This document shows positions 26,710-39,600 of a stretch of DNA of 64,000 nt, one piece after another (the first letter of the stretch is position 1; every line of letters begins with the position of its first letter). Source of the stretch: Haplodiscus bocki (taxonomy: Eukaryota); the NCBI GenBank assembly GCA_965655095.1, contig OZ296651.1, positions 26,412,001 through 26,476,000 on the forward strand, written 5' to 3'. The notes under the pieces are model-generated. The model was not told where the DNA came from, made no database searches, and saw nothing but the letters and a program-made list of their open reading frames with translations. Position numbers and translations under genes: made by a program.

Positions 26710-27917
26710 TCAAACATTTCTGAAAACTGTTTTGAATTCCCTCACAAAAAACCAGTCCGTTTTCGTCATTTCGTCCCGAAAATGGTCCTCGAAAGCGTCG
26801 ATTTATTCAGGCGAGAGACGACTAATAAGGAGATCTGTGCTGTCAAAATGTCTCCCATACAACTTGGTCGCTTCACCGTTCGTATTTTCAATTTTGATGC
26901 AGACGTCAGTTCCTTGTCTAGCAAAATCTACTGGCCTGTTGTTCGCTTCTAGAGACGCAAATGTACCCAGTATCAGCCCTTCCTTGGAAGGCACGCAACT
27001 TTGTTTTCCAGATTTGACAATTCCAGCTACTGTCACACCAATGATGATAGGGTCTCGGGAATTGAAGATACAAGTGGGCAGTATTCTCAATTTGCATGGG
27101 AACATGGCAATATGACGGTGCTTATCTTTCGCTTTTTGCTTCAAGTCTTCTTTATAGCCTTGGAACTTGTCGAATAAATGATAAATAATGTCTGCTGTAA
27201 AAATCTTGATGCCCGAGCGATCTGCCAGTTCCAGAGCATCTCTTTCCACTTTCACGTCGAACGCCAAAATGACGCCGTAGGGTTCGTTGTGTTCCAACAT
27301 GGTCGAAGCTTTCATCACATCTTTCTTGTGCACAGGTCCAATGTTGATACCTGAGTATGGGATCTGCGATTGCTTCAGGAACTCATATTGACTCTTCACT
27401 CTCGATCCCTTCATGGTTGGAGGGGCAAGTAATGCTTTTACATGTGTCTGTACTGTTCCTTCGTAGCCAGCCACAACAATTGAATCGGCTTCTTTCAATT
27501 TCCCATTTACAAAGATGATGTCAATAGTGGTGCCGAGACCCTGAATTTCCCTAATCTCCAGAACAGTGGCCTGAGGTTCACTCCTGAAGGCAAGTCTCTT
27601 TTTCAGATGATTCTGACAGAAGTTGACCATGTACCACATCATGTTGTCCATTCCGTCTCCCGTGTGAGCAGATGTGGGACAAATGGATACATAAGTGGCG
27701 GGGTCTTCGTTTTCCCAGAACGGGACAACGTTCAACAAACTTTTCTCTTCGAACTCACTGATGATCTGCTTCAGTCGCATGTCGAACTCATCGTTCGTGT
27801 GGTTTCTTCTGCTTCTTGATCGTATCTCTGATGTCTTTCTGAGCATTTGATTTCCACTCGAACAGCCTGTCGATTTTGTTCAGACCCACCACGGAATGCG
27901 CTTGTCTTTCTTTCAGC
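26710..27917 (-). pseudogene. EIF5B: Intronless 5'-truncated eIF5B (IF2-like translation GTPase) copy
   Basis: LNKIDRL (G4), PTSAHTGDG (G5), GLGTTIDII, INIGPVHKKDVMKAS, ILAFDVKV, IFTADIIYHLFDKF, FPCKLRILP, and C-terminal FRDEMTKTDW after a premature TAA at 26803-26805. There is a frameshift near 27800 and an internal deletion at QYE/EFLK. Confidence 0.93.
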
Positions 27918-27919
27918 AG

Positions 27920-28189
27920 AGAATTTTTTCGTAGTTCTTGTATTGAATGGTAATTTTGACGAAGTTACGTAGTAGTGAGTAAAATTTGAGGGCGTTAGTG
28001 TGTAAACAAGTCAAGGAAAGCAAAGTTTTGAAATGAGGAAATTTTGAGTTTCATTCCTCAACGGTTCCTTGAAATATCATGCTGACGTCATTGCTGGCAG
28101 ACAAATTCACCAAAATTGCAATGAGTACGTAATAAATTAATAAGGCATGTAAATCCACCAATTGATTATCAAGCTTTGCTATTCATGGA
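27920..28189. promoter_or_regulatory. Putative bidirectional promoter between cargo slot and antisense gene (copy 1)
   Basis: Conserved with 56640-56950 (reverse complement); lies between divergent ORFs; perfect TGACGTCA at 28083-28090. Confidence 0.45.
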
Positions 28190-29387
28190 ATGTCTGAGAA
28201 AAGTGTGATCCTGCATGAGGAGATCACTTCATCTCAAGCAGCTTCTGAGTCAGTAGTAGGTTCTGCCAGAACTCATTTTACCATTTCTCTCAACCTCCAT
28301 GTGCCCCTGAAGAGAAATATGTTGTGTAGATGGGCAGGGAGAGTCCGGGAATTCAGATGAAGTTCTAGAACAGCTTTTTGTTAATGGAGATCATGGCAAA
28401 ACTGATGCAGATGCGGGGAAGGAGGCACACATCAAGGGTGAGGATGTCGATGTTGTTTGTGCTGCTCCCGCGTTGGCGATCTCAGGGTTTGAGTTGCATG
28501 GTTTTATATTCTCAGAAACTGTCCGAAGGAAAGGACTGGAGAGACAGACTACGTCTGAGGGTGGTATTGGCACCGCTCGACCTCCGCAATGTGAGTTTTC
28601 AAATCTTCATACCTCATTAGCTTTTGGTTTGCTGGAATAATTTGGCGGCTGCTCATATTTTCCATAAGCTAGTAATCAGTGCGCACCTCTTCATGAAGAT
28701 GACTTTGTGAGGCTATTGTGTTTTAGTGTATAATCGTTCTGGGGAACCATTTGTTTGTCCGGATATCTCCGGGACCTTTTGGATTGACTCGGTTGTGATC
28801 CGAGTTTGAAATTGTTGCTCCCACTTCGGAGGAGGATGTCCGGAAAGGGGGCTCTAGATAAAGATCTCTCACGGCTACTCTTGAGAGTTAGATTCTCTCT
28901 AATCTACATTGTGGATTTGTTTTTGGGCAGTGGTTTGTTATCCTCGTTTTTGCAGGTAATGCCGAATTTGCTCCTAGAGCCAGAAAAGATGACGATGTCG
29001 ACTGGGGTGGAGACTGATGGTCAGCCGAAGGTACGCCGCGCCGTTGTTACCAAAAGCCTGGTATTGCTAGCTGCGGGCTTCAGCCTGACGTCTCTGAAGC
29101 AGTCCACAGTCGTAGTCGAAGTTGGGAGCTAAGGAAGCAGGTTTTTGATGATGGCAATAGTCATGTTCAAATGAGGAACTTACTAGTATTGTTCCTCATT
29201 GGTTCCAAGTTTTACCTCATTTTTGCGTTTTAGAATATTTCGTCACCGATCCTGCTGCCACTGTTGTGTATGCCACTAGACATCAAATTGTTTGTTTGTG
29301 TCGCTCCGTCAGTGAGGTGGAAAAGGCTCAGTTGCTGAATCCTCTAATGAATAGTAGGCATTCCCGTCTGATTTGTGTTTGGGCAAT

Positions 29388-29444
<57 letters not shown>

Positions 29445-29700
29445 GTATATTTTATGTTGGCAGATTTGAATGAATTACTGGTTCAGCTGCGACACTTTGT
29501 GGTACGTTCCGTAGAATTTCCGGCAATGTTCCGTATCACTCCTTGTTTTTCCTCGGGTGGAAGCAGTAATGTCGTTGATGTCGCCCATACTGGGGTTATC
29601 TGGGCTGTTCAAAGTTTTCCCTCATTCAGTCTATTCCTTGCCTGTGTTGATTTGGTTGCACACAATATCTTCGAATTGCCGTCTGAGAAAGAATGAGTAG
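28190..29700 (+). pseudogene. Antisense spliced accessory gene of the LTR element (copy 1, deleted/decayed)
   Basis: ATG TCT GAG AAA AGT GTG matches the ATG at 56639(-). Conserved donor AAT|GTGAGT at 28591, acceptor TTTTAG at ~28726, and CAG|GTAATGCCG exon. Confidence 0.6.
29390..29441. repeat. (TG)n microsatellite
   Basis: Directly visible. Confidence 0.98.
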
Positions 29701-30699
29701 AAAATGAGCCAGTCGACAAGGATTATCCTCAAAAAATGATATCAGAAATGCACTATTGCAATCAGCACTATCCATTGAGAACTAGTAGTCAAAACATCGT
29801 TTTTGTTCCAGGAGAACTGTCGAGGGCTTCCAGGAATAGGTACGTGTTTGCTCCGTATCAGTTCCATAACACGTTCCTAGGAATTCCGGAAAGTGTACGT
29901 GGGCGTTCCGCGGAACATACTAGGACAGGTTCAAAAATTCAATGTCTATAATTTTCGTTGCAATTCGGCTTCAGGTGATGACGTAGATCATATTTTGTGC
30001 TGCGGGGCTTGGTAGATTTAGGGTTTTGATGCTTCCAATTCGTGTCCCGTTTATAAATGAAAACATGGTCCATATCCATTCCGTCATATATCCGTTCTTT
30101 TATAGAGACTGTGTGGGCAAACTTCTCGTATTGTGCCTGGTGTACTCCTAGTCAAATGGGTTGTGTAATTAGATAGTTTACGAAATCCAGAGGCAGCCAC
30201 AGTTTTCAGGAAATATGATGGAGAACACTGGCATATAGAGCTCATTCATGCCTCATCTCTCACAAGCGTTTCCCAAACAGCGTTGAAGTTGTTTTTGTGA
30301 GAAAGGAAAATATTTTCATCTCCATTACATTTCAGTTGTGATGCCGTTTGTCGTTTCTTGGGTTTCGTTTTGAAAGTTCTGGGAGTTTTTGAGGCACAGT
30401 ACTTGTTTGCTACTAGTTTCATTTTCTCGGAACTGTTCCGTAGCGGTTCCGGATTTTGAAGTGAGGTTTCCTTTAATGACGTCGTTTGTGAATCTACATC
30501 ATTTCTCTGTTTAGTTGGGACGTATGTGTGTTTTCATTAGTTTCAGCACTAGAGTCATTCTGAATATTAGCTAACTTGAACTCTCCACAGATATCTCCAG
30601 AAGTTGCTGCCACAGAACACATGGGATTGGTGGAATATTTTTCTGCTGGTCTCCGGTCTGTCGGTCACTGTTACAGATAGTAGTTAGTAAGCTTAGTTG

Positions 30700-33060
30700 T
30701 TAGTGGGCCACGAAAAAGACGAATAATTTGAAATCAGCGCTGTACCGCTTGATGCGAATCAAGTTGAATATCACAACCTTCCTCAAAGTTTTGTCAATTC
30801 CTGTAATAAATGGAAAAATCCAACAATGCAAGGCTTCTTTGATTTTTAAAACTGCTCCGTAGAAAACTGGGTACCTTGGCAATCTGTTATGGGAGAGAGA
30901 ATGAAAGACAAAGCAAACATTCGTTTATCCGGCGGAAAACCATGATTTTTATATGAAACGCATACCGAAAATAAAGTTTAGTCCCCACTGACAACATCAG
31001 CGAAAGAAATCACTGATATCTGATTGGTGGCCCTCTGAAAAATTGTAATGATACTCCGCAACTCCTGTGACATCATCGACTTATCTCATCCAGGAAATGA
31101 AAAAAAAATCTCACCCAATACACTAAAAAATTGACCACTTGAAAATAAAGCAAATCGTATTGCCTGAATATTCACAAGAACTTTGTATAATCCTGCCACC
31201 AATCTCCGTTGACAAATTTACAATATCTGAAGTTCTTCCACCGAATAGGATTTCTGAAGTCTTCAAAATGGCCCAAATAGTAGTTTTCTCGGCTTTAAAG
31301 CAAGTAATACTTCACGGAAATGAAATAAAATGGTTTGACTGTCGCCTCTGTTATTTCAAAAAAACATCCGTAATTGTTCAATCTAGCTCTGGTCTTTCTC
31401 TGATTGTAAAATTTGATGCTGAACCTTTCAAAATTTAGTTGTTTCAACAACTAATGTAATGGCAAACTCAGGTGATTCAACAAGCAATATGATAACAAAA
31501 CTTTCAATTATCTATTAGTTTTTGTATGTCCTACCTCACCACATAAACGTATCGCCCACTGGCGGTACGTTCAAACTGTCTCCAGACTGTGAACTATATC
31601 ACTTTGTCTCATTTGAGCCCCGACTTTTGGGAACACAAACTTTGTTAAGCAAATTTGTCACAGTCTTTTTGCCATCTACTTCGGATTCTTCAAGCTGTCT
31701 CCTCAATGTCATACATAAGTGTCTAATGTACTAAGTTATACGCTTGTTATAGCCAAGATTGTGGAAACAGTTCATTAAAAGTGTTTTTTGCCTTTTCAGA
31801 ACCTAATGCAGCTTTGAATTAATTTTTCCAAATGCCATTTACGTTTCTTCTTCAGCACGGAAGCAGAAGTCAAGTTGAACTTGCATATCTTTTGAAGAAA
31901 GATCAACAAAACGAACACTAGTTATTCTGTATGACGACAAATTGAGAAATTCCCAATCCCAATCCCACTCCCCAAGATACAGCTACCAGAAGAATCAACA
32001 AGCAATAGAACTATGCATCAACGTGTCGATAACGAAAATTATTACCTGAAAACACCCGCATTTTCTAAAATCACGCCTATGGTAGGCTAGTCTTTTTGTC
32101 AGCAACCATCAAAGTGTCCCAATTTCACTAAAACGAACGCTCTTATTTCAAAATATTCTGTCAACTCCTAATAATTTCTTCCATACATCCTAAATGAAAC
32201 ATCGAAATGTTAGGAGGTGCCAAATAATTTCGAAGCTGATGTTTTTTTTTCAGCGTTTTTTTCAGGTTTTAGCCTGCACTTTCTCCCAATTGAAAAGATA
32301 TTAGACACCCTTTTTAGTTTTGATCACATGCTCACGTTTTTGGCAAAAACTGAAAATCATGAAAAAACTGATTGAAGTTCTATTGTATTGACAAGAGATT
32401 TTGATAGTTTCAATAAATCCGTACAAAACAGTCAAAACAGATCAGTAATCATCAGTTTTCACTTGTTTCGATTTTTTCTGCAATTGCCTGCCACACCTTC
32501 CTGTTTGTCGTTGTAATGTGAAGGTACTCCCACCACTTCATTTTATCGGCCACCCAAAATAAGTTTCAGAAAATCATCTCGCTTTATGGTTCTCGAAGAG
32601 ATGTGCTCCAAAAAATGACATCTCCATCAAAATTTTTCAGTTCTAAATTCCAATTTAGCACCTCGGAATTTGAAATTTGAGGCTGTCGTACAGTTCAAAA
32701 CCACTCAAGAACTAAGTTTTTATACTATTCAACACTTGGTGAATTCCTCTAGTTCATCGTTGTCGCAATTAGCCTTCAATTACGATTATCTGCTCAAATT
32801 ATTTCGTCACTGAACCTAGTTTAACGTCAAAAAATCTTCAATTTCTCTCGCTCACGTTAACCAATCACAGTTCTATTCTTAAAGTCTTTTTGGCCTCTTA
32901 ACCTTGGGCTTGATTAACTCCTCGCATTCCCACGTTCCATCTTCCTGCAAACAGCTCTCATTCCCGTCAATTTAGCGTTTCTGATCCTCATCTCAATTTA
33001 CTTTTCATTGGTTCAAAGCTCCATCTTAATTGCATCCATGTCAATAATTTCGTCAGTATT
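30700..33060 (-). mobile_element. Highly decayed LINE fragment (APE-like)
   Basis: Faint NYLAPP and LGHFDG (NIYxPP / GDFN-like) motifs on the minus strand near 32130-32230. Confidence 0.35.
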
Positions 33061-34999
33061 TTTTAGTGGTTCCAAAATTATGAAGCGAAAATCTCTACTA
33101 TGAAATTTTAAAAAATTTCAATATTTGTTCAGAGGGATTGCTCTGCACTTTATCTGCTAGATTTTTGTGCAGCTCAAGAAGAGTATCAGGAGAGAATGCA
33201 GTAAAAACGGAATGCTGAAGGCTTGCTTAGCACAATAGGTTGACGGATTTTCAGTGCGTAAAAAACATAAAGAAAGGATCAGGAACTCAGGTTTCAGTGA
33301 AAGCAGTGGTTAGGTTTGACATATGGCCTTGTAATCTTACAGGTAAAACATTTTGCGGTTGGTGTGCTTGGCATTGTGGTAGATGTTATTGTTTGACCTG
33401 GACAAGCAGAGCCAATGAAATTGAACTCTAATGTTTTTTCTAACAATTGATTGATAACAACTGAAAGATAGTTACCAAAAACGATCAATTACGCCAACTG
33501 AGCAAATGGCAGCATCAGGTGTTGCAATTGTGTTTACGCTGATGAAACCATGAATAGAGGTTGATTCTCATAACTGACGAGATGTTCTGCAGATGATTTA
33601 GAGGGTAATTGGTAAAAACAACAAAATTCCGATTTGAGTGAACTAAAATTTTGTGGGTCAATATGTAATGCAGTTGCAGCTGCCTAAACGAAGATTCGTC
33701 AAGTGTTCGGATTAACTGTTCCACGAGTAGAAATTGACACATTGTCAAGTCAGTTATCAATTTTTTAAAGTGGAGATGACGGATGTGGGCAATCATATAA
33801 AAATAAAGGATGCCTCGGCATATTCTTCAAAAAAACAGCTGATTAATCAAGTTTAGATGTAGTATGCAAGTCCTTGTCACTTTTGGCATAATTTTTTTTT
33901 CATGCTAGTAAAAGGAGAGGTTCATCATGTGCAGAGCAACTAATGAGACGTCCCGTGAAAGGGCACTTCTTTGAAATATTCGGTGCATTAGTTTCTCGGT
34001 AAGATAGAGGGATTTTTCAAACGGTACATTTTTTAAGAAGTAGCAAACGAATCAGAGTTTCCAAAACGTAAATTCAGTATTCATTTTTGACAAATTATTT
34101 AGTAATAGATTAAAGTTTCAAGTGTGAAAATCTAATTTTTTCCTCATAGCTAAAGGGTATTTTTTCCTCAGGTGCACAAAGGTTAAAAAAATGAACGACA
34201 CTCCGGTTGTGTGACTAAAAAGAAACGGTGTGTTTCGAACCAATAATCAAGAACGGTTGTCCTAAGTCAACCAGAACAATCCGGAATGTGGAACTTCAAA
34301 AAGGAAGTTTCTCAAAATCATACAATGGCAAAAGGAATTCTGGTTGCTGCTTCACAAAGGCCATTTCCTTGGAAGGTTTTGACCATCAAAGCCGAATGAT
34401 TTTTTTTCTTTTGGTCAGAATTCAAATTTTCTTGGGATTATATTGAAAGCAACTTTTCGAGATGAACTCCAAGCTCAGCATCATCAGAGTGTTTCAAAAG
34501 TTTCTCTTGTGCTGCCTTGGGTTGTTCCCAAACCATTGTCAAAGGCATCTGTCGAAGGTCCCTAACCAGCCTAAGAAACTTCAGTTTCTAAAACCTGAAT
34601 AGGACAACGACCTCGGACGTTTCCGTTAGTTTTTTGAAAATAATGGTTGTAAACACAAATGAAGCGTTCTAGCTGAATGTCTCAATGAGATTTTCTATTG
34701 TTGTGCCATTTAAATTAAAAATCTGGTGTAAAGACAACGTGGGGTGAAGTATGAGTAGTTGTGGTATAGGGATGACCAAAAAAACGATCAGGTCTTCTAT
34801 TATAAGATGGTGTTTTTTAAGAAATAACTACTAGTTTTTTTTCATTTTATGTAGCTCTACACTCAAAAGTAATTGACCGAGTATCTTTTTGATGAGCAAT
34901 GAGGTTGGTAAGTAGGCGACAGGTTTCTAATTCAGTGGGTTTCGCCAAGATATCTTGGACGCGGTTCAAACTAATTTTTTTTAAATTGCATTGGCGAGC

Positions 35000-37900
35000 G
35001 CAATCAAAGTGAATAAGTTTTAGCGGAGATAATTTATGGTTTTCATTTGGAATAAGAGAAACTCTTTTTGTATGTTTAGGGTTGTTGCAGGACTGAATTA
35101 AAAAAGTTCCAGCATTCTTTAAATGTGTTTGTAATGGAAAGTGGAACTGTTGTAAATATGCTTATTACACTAATCTAAATTTAATTTGAAAACGTGGAAA
35201 CTGCTAAGTAATGGGTGTCTGTCAACATTGATAGGAGGAAACTTAGAAAAAATGCACGAAAAAAAGCGGTAGAAAGGATAGCAGTGCATCAATTGAAACT
35301 TGTTTTGAAAATTCTAGAATGCTTCGTGAAAGATTGTCAGGTTCGGTCAAGAAAATTTATTATGAGGACTTTGAGAAACTGTGAAATGAAGACTTGTTGA
35401 AACAAAAGGGTTTAAAAAACTACACAGTGTTGTTCTATGTGAAATTAAGATTGTAGTATATACTGTGTGAGGACCAAGTCCATCAAGTTTACCTTTAATG
35501 TCGAAATCAGCCCCAAATTTTTAGGTTTGTAGAAGGAATACTTCGTCTCATGAACAAATACAAGAAATTTAGTTGTGTTCTTGTTTTCTTATGCAACTAT
35601 CTATCAAAAACTGAGTCAAATTCTTTAGTGTGAAAATTACGACATTCAAGAGTGAAGGAGACTGCGTAAATGTTGGAAGAAGAAAAATTGGACGCAGTGG
35701 TTTGTGATTGAAATGTGAGGGGCATATTCGAAATTGAAAGAACATAGGATTTTGGGAAAAGAGTTTAGTGGTTCTTTTTGGTTACGAAGGATCCGTTCGC
35801 AACCAAACGAGAGATGAAAAACACAAGAAACGGTTGAAGAACAATTTGAATTCCAAAAAGTATTTGAGTTCCAGATGTCCAAGGTAGGCTTATCAGAAGT
35901 TTTTCGTGAATTAGATGCAGAAACGTTACTTGTTATTGTAGTTGAAGAAAATAGTTCACTCTGGGAGGAACCTAGAAAGGTTCAAAACTGTCACGGTTCG
36001 TCAAAGCGAGCATATCTGGGGAAAATTACGGCAAAGAAAGTATTAAAAAATGGATTATACTAACTGCCTCACGAACTTGATTTAAATTCTGATAGACAAT
36101 ATGAGGAGAAGATTCAAAATCACAAACAAACTAACTAAATGAGCCACAAGGTTGGTTGAGAGGCTCACTAGAAGTACTTGGAGCATACACTTTGATTAAA
36201 TCTGCTGCAGAAGGGTTTATGAAACTGTTCTTTTGGGATTTAGGATTAAAGTTCTATTGACATGTGTTTATTTTATTGTACAGAGGGTTTCAACACCAGT
36301 TTGAATAGGATTTGTTGAACAAAACTTAGTTCAATAAAAGGGAAGTTAAGTGAAGTCAGCGGTAGAGGTTTTTTTTCTGGGTGAGCATTCAGATAAAAGC
36401 AGTGTGTTACAATTTTGAAACCGAAATAATAGATTGATTATATAACCTTCAAAGGGATATGGGATGCCTTTACCTGTTGAACGAAAGTCCAGAATATCGG
36501 TAACAGAGATGAAAAAGTTGCTGAGAGGTTTGAATTGTTGAAGTGTTTTACTGCAACTGGAGCACGGAGGACTTGATTCATTTTTGTTATTTTTAAGCAG
36601 AACTTTTGCGAGGTCTTTTCAATAGAAATTTGAATTATTTTTGACCGTTATTTGAAAACAGTGGAAAGTCAAAAAAGTGTGTCTTTTCGAGAAAATTTTG
36701 AGAGATTTCATGGTTATCATCAGTTACTAGTAAAATCAAATTTGGGTAACCAAAAAAGTTTGTGAAATTTCATGAGCGTGTGGCTCTATGTTTTATGTTT
36801 TGTCCAGTGTGTATGTATAGACGGCTTTATTATTCTGCTAAAGAGGTGTGCACTGATGGCTATGGTTGGCTTGTATCTTGTGTACAGTTGCTTTCCATAA
36901 GTTTTATAATTCTGGTTCCAATGGTTGTTGCTATGGTCAGGATTTGATTGAAGGTTTTTGGATTTCGACTGGAAAAAAAAACTTGAAAGTACGCGAGTTG
37001 ATTTTCACAATATCAGGACTTTCAAGAGATAGTCTGAGGGTAGACTCAGTGATGGTACACTAGGCGATGGAACATTTCTTTTCAACAGATTCAAGAGATA
37101 AATGGCCGTCAACCAAGTTGTAAGGGATCAACCACTGAAATTGAAAGGTGAGATTTGATTTGTTTTCATTCAAAAAGAAGAAGTTTGAATTTGTGAAGTA
37201 GTTAGATTGTGATAACTTCCAATAGGTACTTTCAGGATAGTTTTCGAAGTCAAAATTAATTCACTTCGATTTTTCTAAACTCGACTGTAAGAAGTAGGTT
37301 GGGTTCATTACAAAGCTGTTCTTGCAGTGGAAAATTATTCATGAAGAGGTTGTGATGAAATGCGAGGAGAACAGACTTTTGTTTTTGTATTTTGATGGTC
37401 CTAAAAGTAGGAGCGCCGATGAAATTTGAGACATAAAACTGCTTTTTTAACGCTTTGTTAGGTTTAAATAAAGAAATGAAAGAAAATGTCGGACTTTTCA
37501 AGATTGTGACGGTAAAAAATTGGTTAGTTGTTGCGTACCACGGGCCGAAACAAACAGTGTGGCTTCGAGATCCGCTATTCCGCCAAAAAAATTGAATATA
37601 CCTTTTCATCATCATCAGAAATTTGATTCGACTCCCTGGTGAACGCTTAGTCACTGGAGAATTGAGAATTTGGGTTGAATGATTAGTGTTCCAAATTTTC
37701 GAAAAAGCTGAAAATTGAAGAATACATCTATCACAGACTGAACAAAAAGATCGGGAGCCAATCGTGTACCATTGCCGTCGTTGGCAGTAGTAGAGACAAC
37801 ATAAGAAAGAAACCTAAAATCTTTAATATTGAAATGAAAACTGTTGCAATAATTTGGTGACGGGAAAGGGAGCTTATGTTGCAATGTCGTGTTGAAGAAT

Positions 37901-39600
37901 AAAGTAATCGGCAGTTCTATTCCGGGGCCGTTTGTTCTTGTGGAAAAGAGATTCCTTCGTTTGACATTGTACAAACTCGAGACTGCAAACTGTAAATCTG
38001 GTCGAAAATCAGATTCCAAGTAGAATCTTAGGGCTTTTGGGCTCGTTAATCTTTTCATGAAGTTTCGTGGAAGTTTCTGAATTTTCTCGTGCGGCCAACT
38101 GAGAAAACCCTGCGTCGGCTTCATTTTAGTGATAACGTCAATTTCAAAGAACCAAGGTTTATCGTAACGGATAGGAGGAGGGAAATGTAAGTTTTCTGGA
38201 GGAGCACAATGAGTCAAGTCTGACTAGAAAACGAGAAATTACTACAATGACGTCTAAAATGGAGCGTACCATTGTGGTTAGAATACGAAGGACCAGAAAC
38301 TAGGAAAATTGAACATTGAAAGCTCGGTTTCTTGGAAAAAAAAAGATTTGGGTTTCGGGAGGGGTGTGAAAAACCAGATGACAGTGGTATGCTATCACAA
38401 CTGTGCGTCAATTGGGTGAGTAAGGATTGGATTGCTACCGTAAGTGAACGGGGTGGTTTACTTGGTAGCAGATACAATACTTTTCAAAATTGTCATGTTT
38501 TCATCGCGCCTTGGAATATTATAGTTTCAAAGAAGTTTTAAGAAAGGAAAGATTTGAAGGGAGCGCAAAGGCGAATTGCCATTCAATTCTCACCAAAATG
38601 CAACCGACGGGGATACAACGAATTGATATGTTGTTGATCAAGATGAAGAGGACGGCAAAAACGTTCCGCAGGGGGAGGTTTTGAAGCTCTTGAAGAAGAG
38701 AGTTTCCCAAAACCTAAAGCTGCAGCAGGATAATTATTGAAAAGTTTTGGCGGGTTTGCTTAACAAGGTTACTGGTTGATACGTTTATGTATATAAACGA
38801 CGAGTTTCAACAGCAATTCGAATAAGGGTTGTTGAACAAAGCACGGTTCATTCTGTTTGAAGCAAAGTAAAATCAGTGGTAGAGGGGATCTTTCTAGATG
38901 CGCTTTGAAAAAGAAGGAGTTTGCCTTCACTTGTTGAACAACTGTCCTGGATTTTATTATCGGACGAGACAGAGTTGCTGAATGGTTGATTTGTTGACCG
39001 AAAAAAGAGAAACTGCAAAACAGAGAACTAAATTCAATTTTGTTTTTTGAACCGTCTTCAGTGTTACGTTATTTCACTACTGATAAGGAAACTGTTTTCG
39101 GATTTTGTTGAGGATGAGTAAAAAATCAACAAAAAAAATTGTCTACTTATGATTCTTGATAAATTTCGTGGCTGTCAGCTTTAATGAACAGTTTCACGGA
39201 AGGCAATGGAAAAATTTTTAAGTTTTCAGGTTATGACTGTACGAATTTCAGTGTTTTTGTTTTTTTTCTTTTCTGGCTGAGAAGTTTTCACTTAAGCCGC
39301 TGATTTCCTTCCAGTTTTGTGAGAGTTATTGTTAATGATTTTTCAATTTCCTGGTGTTTGTGATTTTTCCTTTGTCACAATAATAGAGAAAATTGTTGGC
39401 TATTGAAAAGAAAACAGTCCCTGAATTTTCGAATTTCGATTGTTGCACGTGAGGGGGCTATCATTACACTGTTTCTTAGTAGGCTCGGTGATGAAAGACT
39501 CGCATGTTCATCAGAGGTGAAAGATAAACAGCGTTCAAACAAGTTTTGAGAGAGGTCACCTACTGAAAGTGAAAAAGAAGGAGATGAATTAGACTCTTCG
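35000..39600 (-). mobile_element. Decayed non-LTR retrotransposon (LINE ORF2/RT)
   Basis: KRSPG...MMK and FKPNK (SPGxD / IxKPxK-like) in ORF 37256-37654, and KGIP near 36465. Many stops; boundaries approximate. Confidence 0.5.

Larger units (their letters stand above)
24750..30690 (-). mobile_element. Ty3/Gypsy-type LTR retrotransposon copy 1 (3' half: pol tail, antisense gene, eIF5B cargo, PPT, 3' LTR)
   Basis: Colinear reverse-complement homology with 51470-59529. Pol tail KPRSTKYDLRHHLKPNCNENYRH (~29945-30012) matches PRCSKYDLRHNPEPNCNDDYRY. The distal boundary is approximate. Confidence 0.8.

Noticed and set aside
26803-27846. Functional host eIF5B gene
   Set aside because: Lacks the N-terminus and G1-G3, has an internal deletion, frameshift and premature stop, and sits inside an LTR element.
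29266-29696. Cys/Val-rich ORFs (CVCVCV)
   Set aside because: Translation of a (TG)n microsatellite.
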